Below are positions 41,049-51,843 of a stretch of 64,000 nt of DNA, piece after piece; the stretch's first letter is position 1, and every line of letters starts with the position of its first letter. Below the pieces are notes generated by a model. That model was not told the DNA's origin and made no database searches. It saw only the letters and a list, made by a program, of their open reading frames with translations. The translations under genes were made by a program, and so were the position numbers. The stretch comes from Octopus sinensis (lineage: Eukaryota). The DNA is taken from the NCBI RefSeq assembly GCF_006345805.1, contig NC_042998.1, positions 148,056,001 through 148,120,000 of the forward strand, in the 5' to 3' direction.

Positions 41049-41082
<34 letters not shown>

Positions 41083-41091
<9 letters not shown>

Positions 41092-41805
41092 ATATATATA
41101 TGGGTGTGTGTGATTGTGTATAGAAGAATATATTAATAAAAAGAATTCCAACCTTGTCTGATTTTCACGTTTTATTTACAATCTTATAATGATATATTAT
41201 AAGATAATATATTATAATTGAATAAAATAAAATGAAATAGTAGAATGTTAAATATTCATTCTGATTGAACTAGTACTTTCATGCATTGAATTCTGCAATC
41301 TTCGGGTTCATGTAGTAGTGTTGACAGTCATGCTTCACAATTTTTGACTGTAGCAAGATGATTGATTCTGTGCTATAAATACAGCTGGGTAGGCTCCAGA
41401 GTGCTAGGTTTTGCAAACTGTATTCTGACCAATCAGTGTGTAGTATCACTCAATTACTTAAGCTGATTGGTTGGTTGAGCTGATTGGTTTAGGCGTCACG
41501 CTTTGTTGGACATGTCAAGAGTCCTGTATCTTGACCCTGGCCGAAGCAGCAATTGTTGGGTTATTTTTAGAAATGTTGTAAATATCCTTTGTCAGAGATT
41601 TTTATATTTTTATATTTCAATTGTCATCATCATCATTGTCAGCACCTTAATTATTGTTGCTAGTGGTGATGGTTATGGCAATAGAACTTTTAACCCTAAA
41701 TAAGATAATTTTCCTGCTATCTTCGTCTTGATCACCTTTAGTATTGTTGTTGTTGTTAGTGGTCATGGTCGTAGCAGTGGAAGTAATACCTCTAAGTATT
41801 ATTAT
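41083..41805 (-). repeat. PLE 3' pseudo-LTR / 3' UTR
   Basis: Direct repeat of 45358-46061; by eye identical except for a 17-nt duplication and one extra TA unit. Confidence 0.95.
41266..41310 (-). ncRNA. Minimal type I hammerhead ribozyme variant (3' pLTR copy)
   Basis: Minus strand UGAAC-CCGAAGA-U-UGCA-GAAUUCAA-UGCA-U-GAA-AGUACU-A-GUUCA: 5-bp stem I, core, 4-bp stem II, palindromic stem III; predicted cut after the A corresponding to 41271. Confidence 0.75.
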
Positions 41806-41810
41806 TATTA

Positions 41811-44144
41811 TTATTGCTTATTTAGCTTGGGTTCGAATTTATCAATAAAATTCTTTTCTCTGATTTTCCTCTCGATTTCACTTGGGCTGTGTAATTTGTA
41901 GAATGGAAATATTATATATATTTTCCGACCACATGTTGCTAGGTGGTTACTCAAAGGTATCTGACGGACCTCTGGGTCTCTAATCTGTTGCCGGTGTACA
42001 CGTGAGCGTTCTAATAGTGCGTTTCCCGTCTGACCTACATATATTTCTTCACAATTTGGGCATTTGATGCAGTAAATTAAATTTCTGCTTTTGCAGTTCA
42101 TATTCGCGTTTGTGAATATTTTCCCGGTTTTTTTGTTTATATATTGACCGGTATGTATGAATTGGCATGTGCCACATCGGCTATCATTGCATTTAGATAC
42201 CGTGAATGTTTGGTCTTTGTTGCTGAGGTCAAATTTTGCCTTTGTTAGTAATGTTTTCAAGTTTTTAGGCTGTCTTTTACTAAGCACCATAGCTCGATCC
42301 GTGATTATGTCTTTTAATTCATTACTTTGGGCAATGATTGGTAGGTTTGCTTTGGCAATGTTGAAGATATTCTGGTGACATGGGTTGTGTGTCACTATGA
42401 ATGGTATGACTTGTTCTTGTTTTCCTCTTCCTTGGGTTGTCCTAAGTTGTTGTATAGGTATTTTTATAGCCCGCTGTATGCCATTTTCTATAAGTAGAGA
42501 TGGGTATTTTTGTTTGAGCAAAAATTCTCTTAGTTCTATTAGGCGTTTGTTCCTGATATTTGCATCTTCTACAATAGTACAAATTCTTCTGGCTAGGCAG
42601 TATGGGATGTTACGTTTTGTATGTGGTGGATGGCACGACTTAAAATTTAGGTATTGATGTGTGTCTGTGTGTTTATAGTATATATCTGTGGTGATGGTGG
42701 TGTCTTTTTTAATTACCATTATATCCAGGAATGGTAATTTGGTACTACTCATCTCCTTTGTAAATTGGAGAGATGGGTGTAGGTTGTTCAGGAGGATATT
42801 GAACTCTTCCAGAGTATTTAGAGATTCTGTCCAGATTATGAAACAGTCGTCTAGGTATCTCTTCCATGCCTTTTCAATATACTTTCTAAACCCAGTGCCA
42901 TAGTTTACCTCCACCTCTTGGTAGAGTTGTTCTTCTAAGTATCCCATTACAGAGTTGGCGTAAACGGGAGCAAACCTCGTTCCCATCGCCGTGCCTCTAA
43001 TTTGGATGTAATTCTTTCCATTGAAGAAGAATGTGTTATTTTCTAGAATAAGCTTGACTGTGTCTAATATAAAAGGCACTGTGAATCTGCTGGGAATCAC
43101 TTCTCTATGTTTTTCTAACCAGTATTTAATCGCCTTTATTCCTAAATCGTGTGGAATATTGGTGTAGAGGCTTACCACATCAAAACTTAGTAAAACTGAA
43201 TTTGTTTCTGTTGTTTTGGGAAGATGGGACAGGAAGTCGATGTCATCCCTGATGAAACTTGGTATGTAAGTACATAGTGGTTTCAAAACAATGTCAATAA
43301 AATTGCTTAGACGGTGTGTAGGGCATGCTGGACCAGCTATAATAGGTCTAAGTTTTAGGTCTTTTGGATGTAATAATTTTATGTACTCACTTTCTTGTTC
43401 TTTTACTGCCTGTTGAATGTTTTTTGATTTGTGTATTTTTGGTAAGCCGTAGAAGTTGCTGGGTTTTGGTTCAAAATTGGTGATGTAGTCTTTTTCATTA
43501 TCCGTAAGTGAGTTGTGGTGTGTTGAAATTAGGTTGTTGATCTTTTTCATGATGTGGTGGTCTATATTTGCGGGTATTTCACAATAGAAGGTTGTATCCT
43601 TCAGTTGGTCTTCAACCAAATCCTTATAGTATTCGGTATCCATAATAACAATTGCACCACCTTTATCTGCTTGTTTAATTATTATTGTTTGATCGTTTTG
43701 TATACGTTTACATGCAGACATCTCTGATTTGCTAATGTTTGGCCTAACATTGGTATTGCGTCTAAGGGGAAATTTAGACAGGATATCAATGTATTGGTCA
43801 AGGTAGTTATTTCTTCCTTTTGGTGGGGTGAAATTTGATTTATTCCTTACTAGGGATTCATCAATCTCATTACTTTTGTTAGCGAAGAATTCTACAAGTC
43901 GTAATTTTCGACAGAATTTTTGGATATCCTCCTTTAATTCTTGGTGGTTGGCTGTTGGTGTAGGTGTGAATTTCAGTCCTTTTGACAGAAGTTGGATTTC
44001 ATCATTGTCAAAATCTCTTTTTGATAAATTAATTATTTTAGGATCTATACGTTCAGTTGTTGGGGTATGTTTCCTCTTGGATTTTTTCTTTCTCCGGTGT
44101 TTGTTGTCCTGACGTAAAAAAATGGATTTTTTTCTGGTTATGAT
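41811..44144 (-). CDS. PLE ORF2: reverse transcriptase + GIY-YIG endonuclease (777 sense codons stop-to-stop; first ATG at 43721)
   Basis: The frame is open upstream of the called 636-aa ORF and contains IINLS...EIQLLSKGLKFTPTP; motifs IKQADKGGAIV, SFDVVSLYTNIP, GTAMGTRFAP, RYLDDCF, PFLD, YLNFKSCHP, linker CNDSRCGTC, NLIYCIKCPNC..IYVGQT. Confidence 0.92.
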   Translation of the reverse strand: MITRKKSIFLRQDNKHRRKKKSKRKHTPTTERIDPKIINLSKRDFDNDEIQLLSKGLKFTPTPTANHQELKEDIQKFCRKLRLVEFFANKSNEIDESLVRNKSNFTPPKGRNNYLDQYIDILSKFPLRRNTNVRPNISKSEMSACKRIQNDQTIIIKQADKGGAIVIMDTEYYKDLVEDQLKDTTFYCEIPANIDHHIMKKINNLISTHHNSLTDNEKDYITNFEPKPSNFYGLPKIHKSKNIQQAVKEQESEYIKLLHPKDLKLRPIIAGPACPTHRLSNFIDIVLKPLCTYIPSFIRDDIDFLSHLPKTTETNSVLLSFDVVSLYTNIPHDLGIKAIKYWLEKHREVIPSRFTVPFILDTVKLILENNTFFFNGKNYIQIRGTAMGTRFAPVYANSVMGYLEEQLYQEVEVNYGTGFRKYIEKAWKRYLDDCFIIWTESLNTLEEFNILLNNLHPSLQFTKEMSSTKLPFLDIMVIKKDTTITTDIYYKHTDTHQYLNFKSCHPPHTKRNIPYCLARRICTIVEDANIRNKRLIELREFLLKQKYPSLLIENGIQRAIKIPIQQLRTTQGRGKQEQVIPFIVTHNPCHQNIFNIAKANLPIIAQSNELKDIITDRAMVLSKRQPKNLKTLLTKAKFDLSNKDQTFTVSKCNDSRCGTCQFIHTGQYINKKTGKIFTNANMNCKSRNLIYCIKCPNCEEIYVGQTGNALLERSRVHRQQIRDPEVRQIPLSNHLATCGRKIYIIFPFYKLHSPSEIERKIREKNFIDKFEPKLNKQ

Positions 44145-45336
44145 TTATATTCCTGTTGATGTTTGCTTGATGAATTTTGCGTTTTGGTTGTGGTACTTTA
44201 CTTGGTTTCGTTATGTTTTCTGTCTTGTTTTTGGTATTATGTATGCTACTTTTCAATTTCTTGTTAGCATTGTTTTTAGCCACCTGGAGAAATGATCTGG
44301 GTTTACTTCTAGATCTAGATCGGTTTTTTGTCCAGTTTCTTGTGGGTAATCTCTGTTGAGGTCTTGAAAATGATCTCCTGTTATTTCTACTGCTAATGGT
44401 CTGTTCAAAACAATATCTATTTTGTTTGTGCTTTTTGTTCATGTTGTGTGCATTGGGGTGTTTGCATACAAAATGGGAAGAGTTCTTACCGTAGTTCGTC
44501 TTCGATTCGTGGTGAAACAGGTGTTCATGTTGCCACGTGTTCTGGTGTATGTTGCGTTGGTGAGGTTGTCCACTTTTAATGCTATTTCTCGGAGCTCTGT
44601 TGTCTTTACCGTAGTTTGTAGCATATTTGTCGAGAAATAATTGTTTCCGCTGCCAAAACTTTCTTGATCTGCTTTCTTCTTTTGAGATATCTCTGATCCA
44701 TAGTTCTCGCATTTTTTCTGCTATATTGCCGGTCGTTAGTTTGGATATTTCATCTCTGATTTGATCATCGATAGCTTCGTATTTGGCTTTGTAGCGGGAT
44801 TGTTTAGACAGGGTAATGGAGATGTCGGTCCTGAATTTTATCAAACTAAGGTCCCATCGAAGTTTAGTTTCTTCCTCTGGTTCTCCTGCAATTTCTTTAA
44901 TTAGGTACTTCCGAGGAAGTATGGGTGCCGCTAAAGATATCCATTTCGAATGTATTTCAGCATATTTTTCGCATTTATATGCCTTCCAGAAGTTTTGTTT
45001 TCTTATGTTAAGGAGTTTTTTCCATGTCTTCTGTATCTCTTCTCTTTTTCGGTGTGCCTCTTTTTCCAGATTTCTTTCGTTTATTTCTGACATCCAAGGA
45101 GGTTGTGGTAGGCTTTCTCTTGTAGATTTTATAATTGTTGGTATCATTTCAGCTAAATTCTTAATTTCAGAGTTTATGTGTTCATTTCCAAGTTTTCCGT
45201 CTGTAGACTGTTTTTCTATTTCCTTTAAAATAGAGGATTGTGTGTCAATCATCGTGATGAGTGTTGATAATTTCGATGAAATTTCCATTAGAATTCTTTC
45301 TGATTCTGTTAATTTTGTTTGTTGCTTTCCAGACAT
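44053..45336 (-). CDS. PLE ORF1 (427 aa, helical N-terminus, basic C-terminus, unknown function)
   Basis: Uninterrupted ORF starting ccaacATG about 21 nt after the 5' pLTR; overlaps the ORF2 frame by 92 nt. Confidence 0.85.
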   Translation of the reverse strand: MSGKQQTKLTESERILMEISSKLSTLITMIDTQSSILKEIEKQSTDGKLGNEHINSEIKNLAEMIPTIIKSTRESLPQPPWMSEINERNLEKEAHRKREEIQKTWKKLLNIRKQNFWKAYKCEKYAEIHSKWISLAAPILPRKYLIKEIAGEPEEETKLRWDLSLIKFRTDISITLSKQSRYKAKYEAIDDQIRDEISKLTTGNIAEKMRELWIRDISKEESRSRKFWQRKQLFLDKYATNYGKDNRAPRNSIKSGQPHQRNIHQNTWQHEHLFHHESKTNYGKNSSHFVCKHPNAHNMNKKHKQNRYCFEQTISSRNNRRSFSRPQQRLPTRNWTKNRSRSRSKPRSFLQVAKNNANKKLKSSIHNTKNKTENITKPSKVPQPKRKIHQANINRNINHNQKKIHFFTSGQQTPEKEKIQEETYPNN

Positions 45337-45538
45337 GTTGGCATATACACAATAGGAATATAGAATATATATATGGGTGTGTGTGATTGTGTATAGAAGA
45401 ATATATTAATAAAAAGAATTCCAACCTTGTCTGATTTTCACGTTTTATTTACAATCTTATAATGATATATTATAAGATAATATATTATAATTGAATAAAA
45501 TAAAATGAAATAGTAGAATGTTAAATATTCATTCTGAT

Positions 45539-45583
45539 TGAACTAGTACTTTCATGCATTGAATTCTGCAATCTTCGGGTTCA
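45539..45583 (-). ncRNA. Minimal type I hammerhead ribozyme variant (5' pLTR copy)
   Basis: Identical to 41266-41310 (offset 4273 nt). Confidence 0.75.
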
Positions 45584-45646
45584 TGTAGTAGTGTTGACAG
45601 TCATGCTTCACAATTTTTGACTGTAGCAAGATGATTGATTCTGTGC

Positions 45647-45743
45647 TATAAATACAGCTGGGTAGGCTCCAGAGTGCTAGGTTTTGCAAACTGTATTCTG
45701 ACCAATCAGTGTGTAGTATCACTCAATTACTTAAGCTGATTGG
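45647..45743. promoter_or_regulatory. Putative pLTR promoter (CCAAT boxes + TATA-like box)
   Basis: ATTGG 45739-45743, CCAAT 45702-45706 and TATAAATA 45647-45654 (TATTTATA on the element strand), all upstream of the ribozyme on the element strand. Confidence 0.45.
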
Positions 45744-48393
45744 TTTAGGCGTCACGCTTTGTTGGACATGTCAAGAGTCCTGTATCTTGACCCTGGCCGA
45801 AGCAGCAATTGTTGGGTTATTTTTAGAAATGTTGTAAATATCCTTTGTCAGAGATTTTTATATTTTTATATTTCAATTGTCATCATCATCATTGTCAGCA
45901 CCTTAATTATTGTTGCTAGTGGTGATGGTTATGGCAATAGAACTTTTAACCCTAAATAAGATAATTTTCCTGCTATCTTCGTCTTGATCACCTTTAGTAT
46001 TGTTGTTGTTGTTAGTGGTCATGGTCGTAGCAGTGGAAGTAATACCTCTAAGTATTATTATGTGTTATTTAGAATGTGTTATTTTCTAGAATATATATAT
46101 ATATGTATATATGTATGTATGTATGTGTGTGTATGATAGGCTACTCTCAGTTTCCGTCAGCCAAATCCACTCACAAAAGTTTTGGTCAACTCAGGGCTTG
46201 CACAAAAATATCTATCCATGGTACCAGTAGTTGGGCCGAACGTGGCTCTTAACCATACAGCTATCTATACATTACTCCAAGAATTTACTCGGGCTATGTT
46301 TGATTTCAGTAAATAGCAAGAAAGAGACCATTAACATATTTAGTGAGATAAAAATTGCTATCTTGTCAAACAGGTTTAAAGAATATAGGAAGTTTCAAAA
46401 TAGAAAAACAACTCTCCAGAGGATTCATTCAGAACGGTAATCTTATGATAAAGAATGAAAAAATGCAATCAGCATCATTTTTATCGAAATGTTAAAATCA
46501 ACTTGACAGAATATCTACAGCTGATTGTGAGAAAAATTACGATATTCTGTTGGAATCTTGGCTTTATCGTTTGTGCGAACATAATTTCACTCTTTTGTTG
46601 AAACACACTGTCTTTGCTTCAATTAATTTTGAAGATTATGGAGAATTATCATAATTAAGTTGGTCCTGGCTTCAGTATTTAATATATTTCCTGGCGCAAG
46701 TTTGCCTCATTAATATCTGTATTTATAGAAAGTACATAGGAAATGTTTCCATGGCGGACACCAGTGACTGTTGTAGTAATCCATCCTCTGTATTAGCAAA
46801 GAACTAATTCGCAAGAGATGCTAATTCTATTTTACAATGCTAATCTTGGTTTCAACTGAATTGATCGATATCGCAACGTGGCTTTTGGTAGTCAAAAGAG
46901 GATTTGTTATCGTCTTCGAGATAAATATCTTTCTGGTAATATAATACACCCGTTGATTCACTTTTCAATGAACTAAACATTTCTCACATGGGATCAGTTG
47001 GTGCTTTCTCATATCTCGTCTTTACTCGATATCATTGGAGAACCGAAAGTTACTAATATTGTTAAAAAAACATCATCAAAAAGTTACGAAAAAAAAAAAT
47101 CCCGAATAGAGCCAGAGGGGAAAAAAATGATGAGATGTAAAACGTAAGAGATTCCGTCAAGATGTTTTTATTGCAGATTGTATGTCGCATGGATAACACC
47201 AATATATCAGTGAAATATTAAGTAAACATCTGTATAGTTCTGGTTTCATTATATCATAAAGAACGCCTTGGGAATTCTTTAGTATTTATTGACACATGCA
47301 CACACACACATACACATAAGGTCACTCACAAACACACACACACACGCACGCACAAACACAGACATTACCTAAGGAACTAATTCAAGTATGTTAATAACGG
47401 AGACTAGGGGAGATAACTGAAATACTTCGTTGACGCTCATGCACACGTACACACATACAAACACAGTGACGACCTATAAAAAACTAATTCAAGTCTGTTA
47501 GTAACGAAGGCTCTAGGGGAGATAACTGAAATAGTTCGTGAAATAGCAGTATGATACTTTGAAGCATCATGTGAAATAATTATATTTTGTCTCTCCTTCA
47601 TGGTTAGACGCAGCTACGTAACTCTACAACTATTAACAGACACACGTAAAGCTAAAATATCTAGTTAGGAAATCATATAACGCGATTTAAAACTTAGTTA
47701 ATCCCCTTCGTTACAATGTAAGGGAGGTAATTATTCAAACATTAATGCCATTTTATTTTGAAACATCCCAATGGCAAGGTTGTCTATAACCACACACAAT
47801 TGTTTCCCTTCGACTTTGTTTCGTCATAACTTTGAGAAAAATTTATAGTTTTCAATGAAATTTTCTACAAATACGCTGCAGATTCCAATTATATCGGAAT
47901 TAGTAGTGAACAATGTTTTTCGAAATTTCACCTTTCCTTTTGTAGATAGAGGCGCAGACGTTGCTGTGTGGTAAGCTTGCTTCCCAACAACATGCTCCTG
48001 GATTTAGTCCCACTGCGTGGACCGAAGCCATGTGAGCGGATTCGGTTGATGGAAATTGAAAGAAGCTTGTCGTACACACACACACACACATACATTGTTG
48101 TATTTTGGGGTAGGTCATTTTCTTTCCCAAATAAATACACGCACAATACATTCGTTCTTCACTCGTTTATGACTATTCTTATTTCAACTTATGTCCATTG
48201 TCCGGAAATCTTTCGTCATACATCTGTGAGCACTTCAGCGGCACTTTTCGTTTTCGTGTGTGCTCTTGCTCCACACAATACACACAATATATGTGTGTGT
48301 TTATTTGGGGAAAAAAATACTATCCTGAAATGCAAACAATATGTTTCAACACACGATTTCACATCAGAAATCTTCCAACAGAAATAGATAAAC

Positions 48394-48440
<47 letters not shown>

Positions 48441-48795
48441 AGCTGACGTACCCGGTAATTTCCGGGAAAGGGAGTTTATCCCTTGGTTCCGTCCTCATAA
48501 TTATTGTTTCGCTAATCCAATAACAATACAAAGTATGCAGGATTTTGTTTTTAGGAATTCCCAATAAGTTATGAATATCCAAATTGTGAAGTCAGTTATG
48601 CAATAACATGAAATTAGTTACCCGAGTAAGAATTCTAATAAAGTAACCCCGAAAAAAGGGCTTCAATGCGTTCCCAGATTATATAGAACATAAGAGGAAA
48701 TACTTATAAGGTATGTATACTAAAATCGTGAAGCATGTTACGTAATAACAGGCTAATCAGATATGAGATAACAATTCAATATATATATATATATA

Positions 48796-49450
48796 CGATG
48801 GTAATTCCAAAAGTAAGGTCTCCAAAGCGCTGGGAACGCAGAGAAACTATGCTTGTGGCTATTGGTAACACTCTCGTGTTTGCTGGACATGCGCCTGCGC
48901 TTGCCCCTGTGCGCGCCTTGCTTCCACGCTCACTCTTGGCTTGGCAGTCATATCTGGCCGAGCACCCAATTGACGCTACCGACAGGTGTGAAGTTCACGC
49001 AGTTATTCGGTTTTTGAACGGAAAAGGCATTAAACCGATTGAAATTCATCGCAAAAAAAACCCAGAAAACGAAGTGTATGACGAGTCGTGCATCGATGTC
49101 ACAAACGTCAAGCAAATCCTGCGTGAAAATCGGCGGATCACTCTGGATGATCTTCGTATTTTGGTTCATGAGGTTCCCGAAGCTCCATTTGTAGGGTTTT
49201 GAGTGAAAAGTTGCAATATCGGAAGTCGTGTGCAAGATGGGTCCCACAAATGCCCACAGAAGAGCATAAACGGCAACCCACCTTATAGTCCGGACTTGGC
49301 ACCCACTGACTACTACCTGTTCCCTAAGTTGAAAAACATTTGGTCAGAATGTGCTTCAGCAACGACGACGAAGTGAAAGATGAGGTTCAGCGCTTCCTCA
49401 ATGACATAACAGTGAGCTGGTATGACATGGGCATACAAAAACTTCCCCAG
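48796..49450 (+). mobile_element. Internally deleted mariner transposon remnant
   Basis: TA|CGATGG start; EVHAVIRFL..KGIKPIEIH, WVPQM, PYSPDLAPTDYYLFPKLK and F.NDDEVKDEV motifs; frameshifts and deletions. Confidence 0.85.
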
Positions 49451-49845
49451 CACCTATTTATTTTTCATATTAAATTCCAATATAATCATAGTCAACATCA
49501 TCTGAAAGGTATCTCCCCAGCCAATTTCAATACCAAACCTTCTCTCGCCTCCCGCCCTATTTTACTCATAATCTTCTCTATAGCAAACTTACCAACTCCC
49601 ATATATATATATTTTTTTCTTTTACTTTTACTTCTTTTTTACAACTATGCTTTCCTCTCGAACTGTACTTTCTACGCATTTCGATCGAATCCACAACGAG
49701 TTAACTCGGAATCTCCTGACAACAATGTAAACTTCGTATAGAAGAGTAGCTTGCGGTCTTCACGTTTGGATAATTTACTACTTCCGTGGTTCCGCTAGCA
49801 TTGAAACATATATAGCCTGGATTTTATCTACTCCATTTCCTAATC

Positions 49846-49884
<39 letters not shown>

Positions 49885-50126
49885 AATTAGAGATAAAACC
49901 ACTATTATGGAGATCTAGTTATATGTTTTATAAAAATATATTATATTTGTTATTTATGTTTTGGTTTATGTCTATCACTGTTTGAGTTCCATAATAATGG
50001 TTTCATCTCTAATTTATATTTTACATATTTATATTGTGAAATTTGATTTAATACTAAATTGAATTTTTCACTGTAAGTTTGGAGTTATACTCCCTAATAT
50101 TATTATTATTAGTAGTAGTAATATTA

Positions 50127-50503
50127 TCTCTCTCTATATAAACGGCAGTTTGTCTGTGCGTGTTTCTGTGTGTCTGTTTGCTTGTACCCTCACCCTGACC
50201 ACGGCTTCCAACCGATTCTGATGAAACTTGACACACACATAGCCCAATGTCATAATTCAAAACTAACGCAGCGAAAATTTTGAAAAGTTCCCCCAGTTCT
50301 GAAAAAAATCGATAAATTCGACATGGGGTCAAGAATCAGAAACACAAACTGTATAGGGGACGCAACTCCACCTTTTTTTACTCTCAAAAAAAATTTACCA
50401 TCATTTTTTTCCATTTTTTTGCTATTTTTTGGCTATAACTCTCTAAAAATGCTTTATAGTTATTTCCCTTACAAACCTGAGCAACGCCGGGCGATACTGC
50501 TAG
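50127..50503 (+). mobile_element. Non-autonomous Helitron
   Basis: A|TC start, imperfect GC hairpin cctgagcaacgccggg, CTAG|T end, no TSD. Confidence 0.75.
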
Positions 50504-50966
50504 TTATATATATACGCATACAAAGATAATTAGGTTATACACTTATGCACGCACTCCCCCCACACACACATATACACATATATACACATGCTGCTCTACA
50601 CAATAAAACAATGATACATATGCGTTTACATAGATGCAACATATATCGAAATGCACGGGAAAACTCACATCCCCACACGATTACATGAATGTTCATACAA
50701 ACAAAACACCGAAATACTTTCTACTTATTATCTCCCCTACACTCACCAACGCGGAACACTTTCAAAATGTCGCTGAAATTATATTTAGCTCGGTCTCGTC
50801 TTTGAATTTTTGTATTATTCCCTCGTTCCTTCTTTTTCTTAATGAAACACTTGCATGCGAAATGTTCAAACTTTACTATTTCGTAAATCGCAAAACTAAT
50901 AACTTTTACCTTGTTTTTGCGTTGTTATTTTAATTTTTCTCTTTATATGTACGTAAGTAAACACAC

Positions 50967-51243
<277 letters not shown>

Positions 51244-51299
51244 TAAATCTACGATCAAAGACAAATCATATTAGTCTCAAGAAGGAAATAACAAAATAA

Positions 51300-51750
51300 A
51301 AAGAAGTAGGGCCAATATCACCAACAGGCCTAAGAGTTGCAATTCCCAAGAAAGCTAACCCGTCTCTCTGGCTAAGTATCATCTTGTTGCACTCTCAGCA
51401 ACTCAAAGATGATGGTGACAGTCGTTAACACAACCCTTCCCCATCACAATGAATCTGTCTCTCTTCTTAATGGCCATCATCATGATCTTCGTACACTTAG
51501 CGATAGCTTGCTCTTCTCTGTCAGCCACTAGAGGGCCCCTATCCTCGAGATATTTGGTGAAAACTATTCTACAGTCATCGCCATCAAAAGAACTCCCGAT
51601 CATGTTTGGAAGCAAACTTCCCGCTTAAGGAATCCACCATTCTCTCGCCTTTTGGTTCAATGACTTCCTGTCAGATGGTTCCATCTCATTGTGAGATGTT
51701 GACCACAATTTAGTAAGTCTGTGAACCTCACGGTTTAGTTTTGTCTTTCA

Positions 51751-51843
<93 letters not shown>

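Larger units (their letters stand above)
45358..46061 (-). repeat. PLE 5' pseudo-LTR
   Basis: 704-bp direct copy of 41083-41805, starting in the (TAA)n run that follows the ORF2 stop. Confidence 0.95.
41083..46093 (-). mobile_element. Near-intact Penelope-like retroelement (Neptune type) with direct pseudo-LTRs
   Basis: pLTR-ORF1-ORF2(RT, Cys-rich linker, GIY-YIG)-3' UTR structure; the 5' pLTR copies the 3' UTR; (TA)n on both flanks. Confidence 0.95.

Noticed and set aside
41503-41703. Identical 66-aa ORF present twice (also 45759-45959)
   Set aside because: Explained by the pseudo-LTR duplication; low-complexity (ATC/TTG) content and antisense to the element.
44116-44122. U UUU UUA as a classical -1 slippery site
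   Set aside because: The heptamer is in the ORF2 frame, and going from ORF1 to ORF2 needs a +1 shift, so a -1 mechanism does not fit.
44816-45355. 179-aa plus-strand ORF and other plus-strand ORFs inside the PLE
   Set aside because: Antisense shadows of ORF1/ORF2 with no recognisable motifs.
49700-49830. Possible third hammerhead (ctgacaa-caatg...catt-gaaa-catat)
   Set aside because: The core lacks G8, and stems I and III cannot be formed convincingly.
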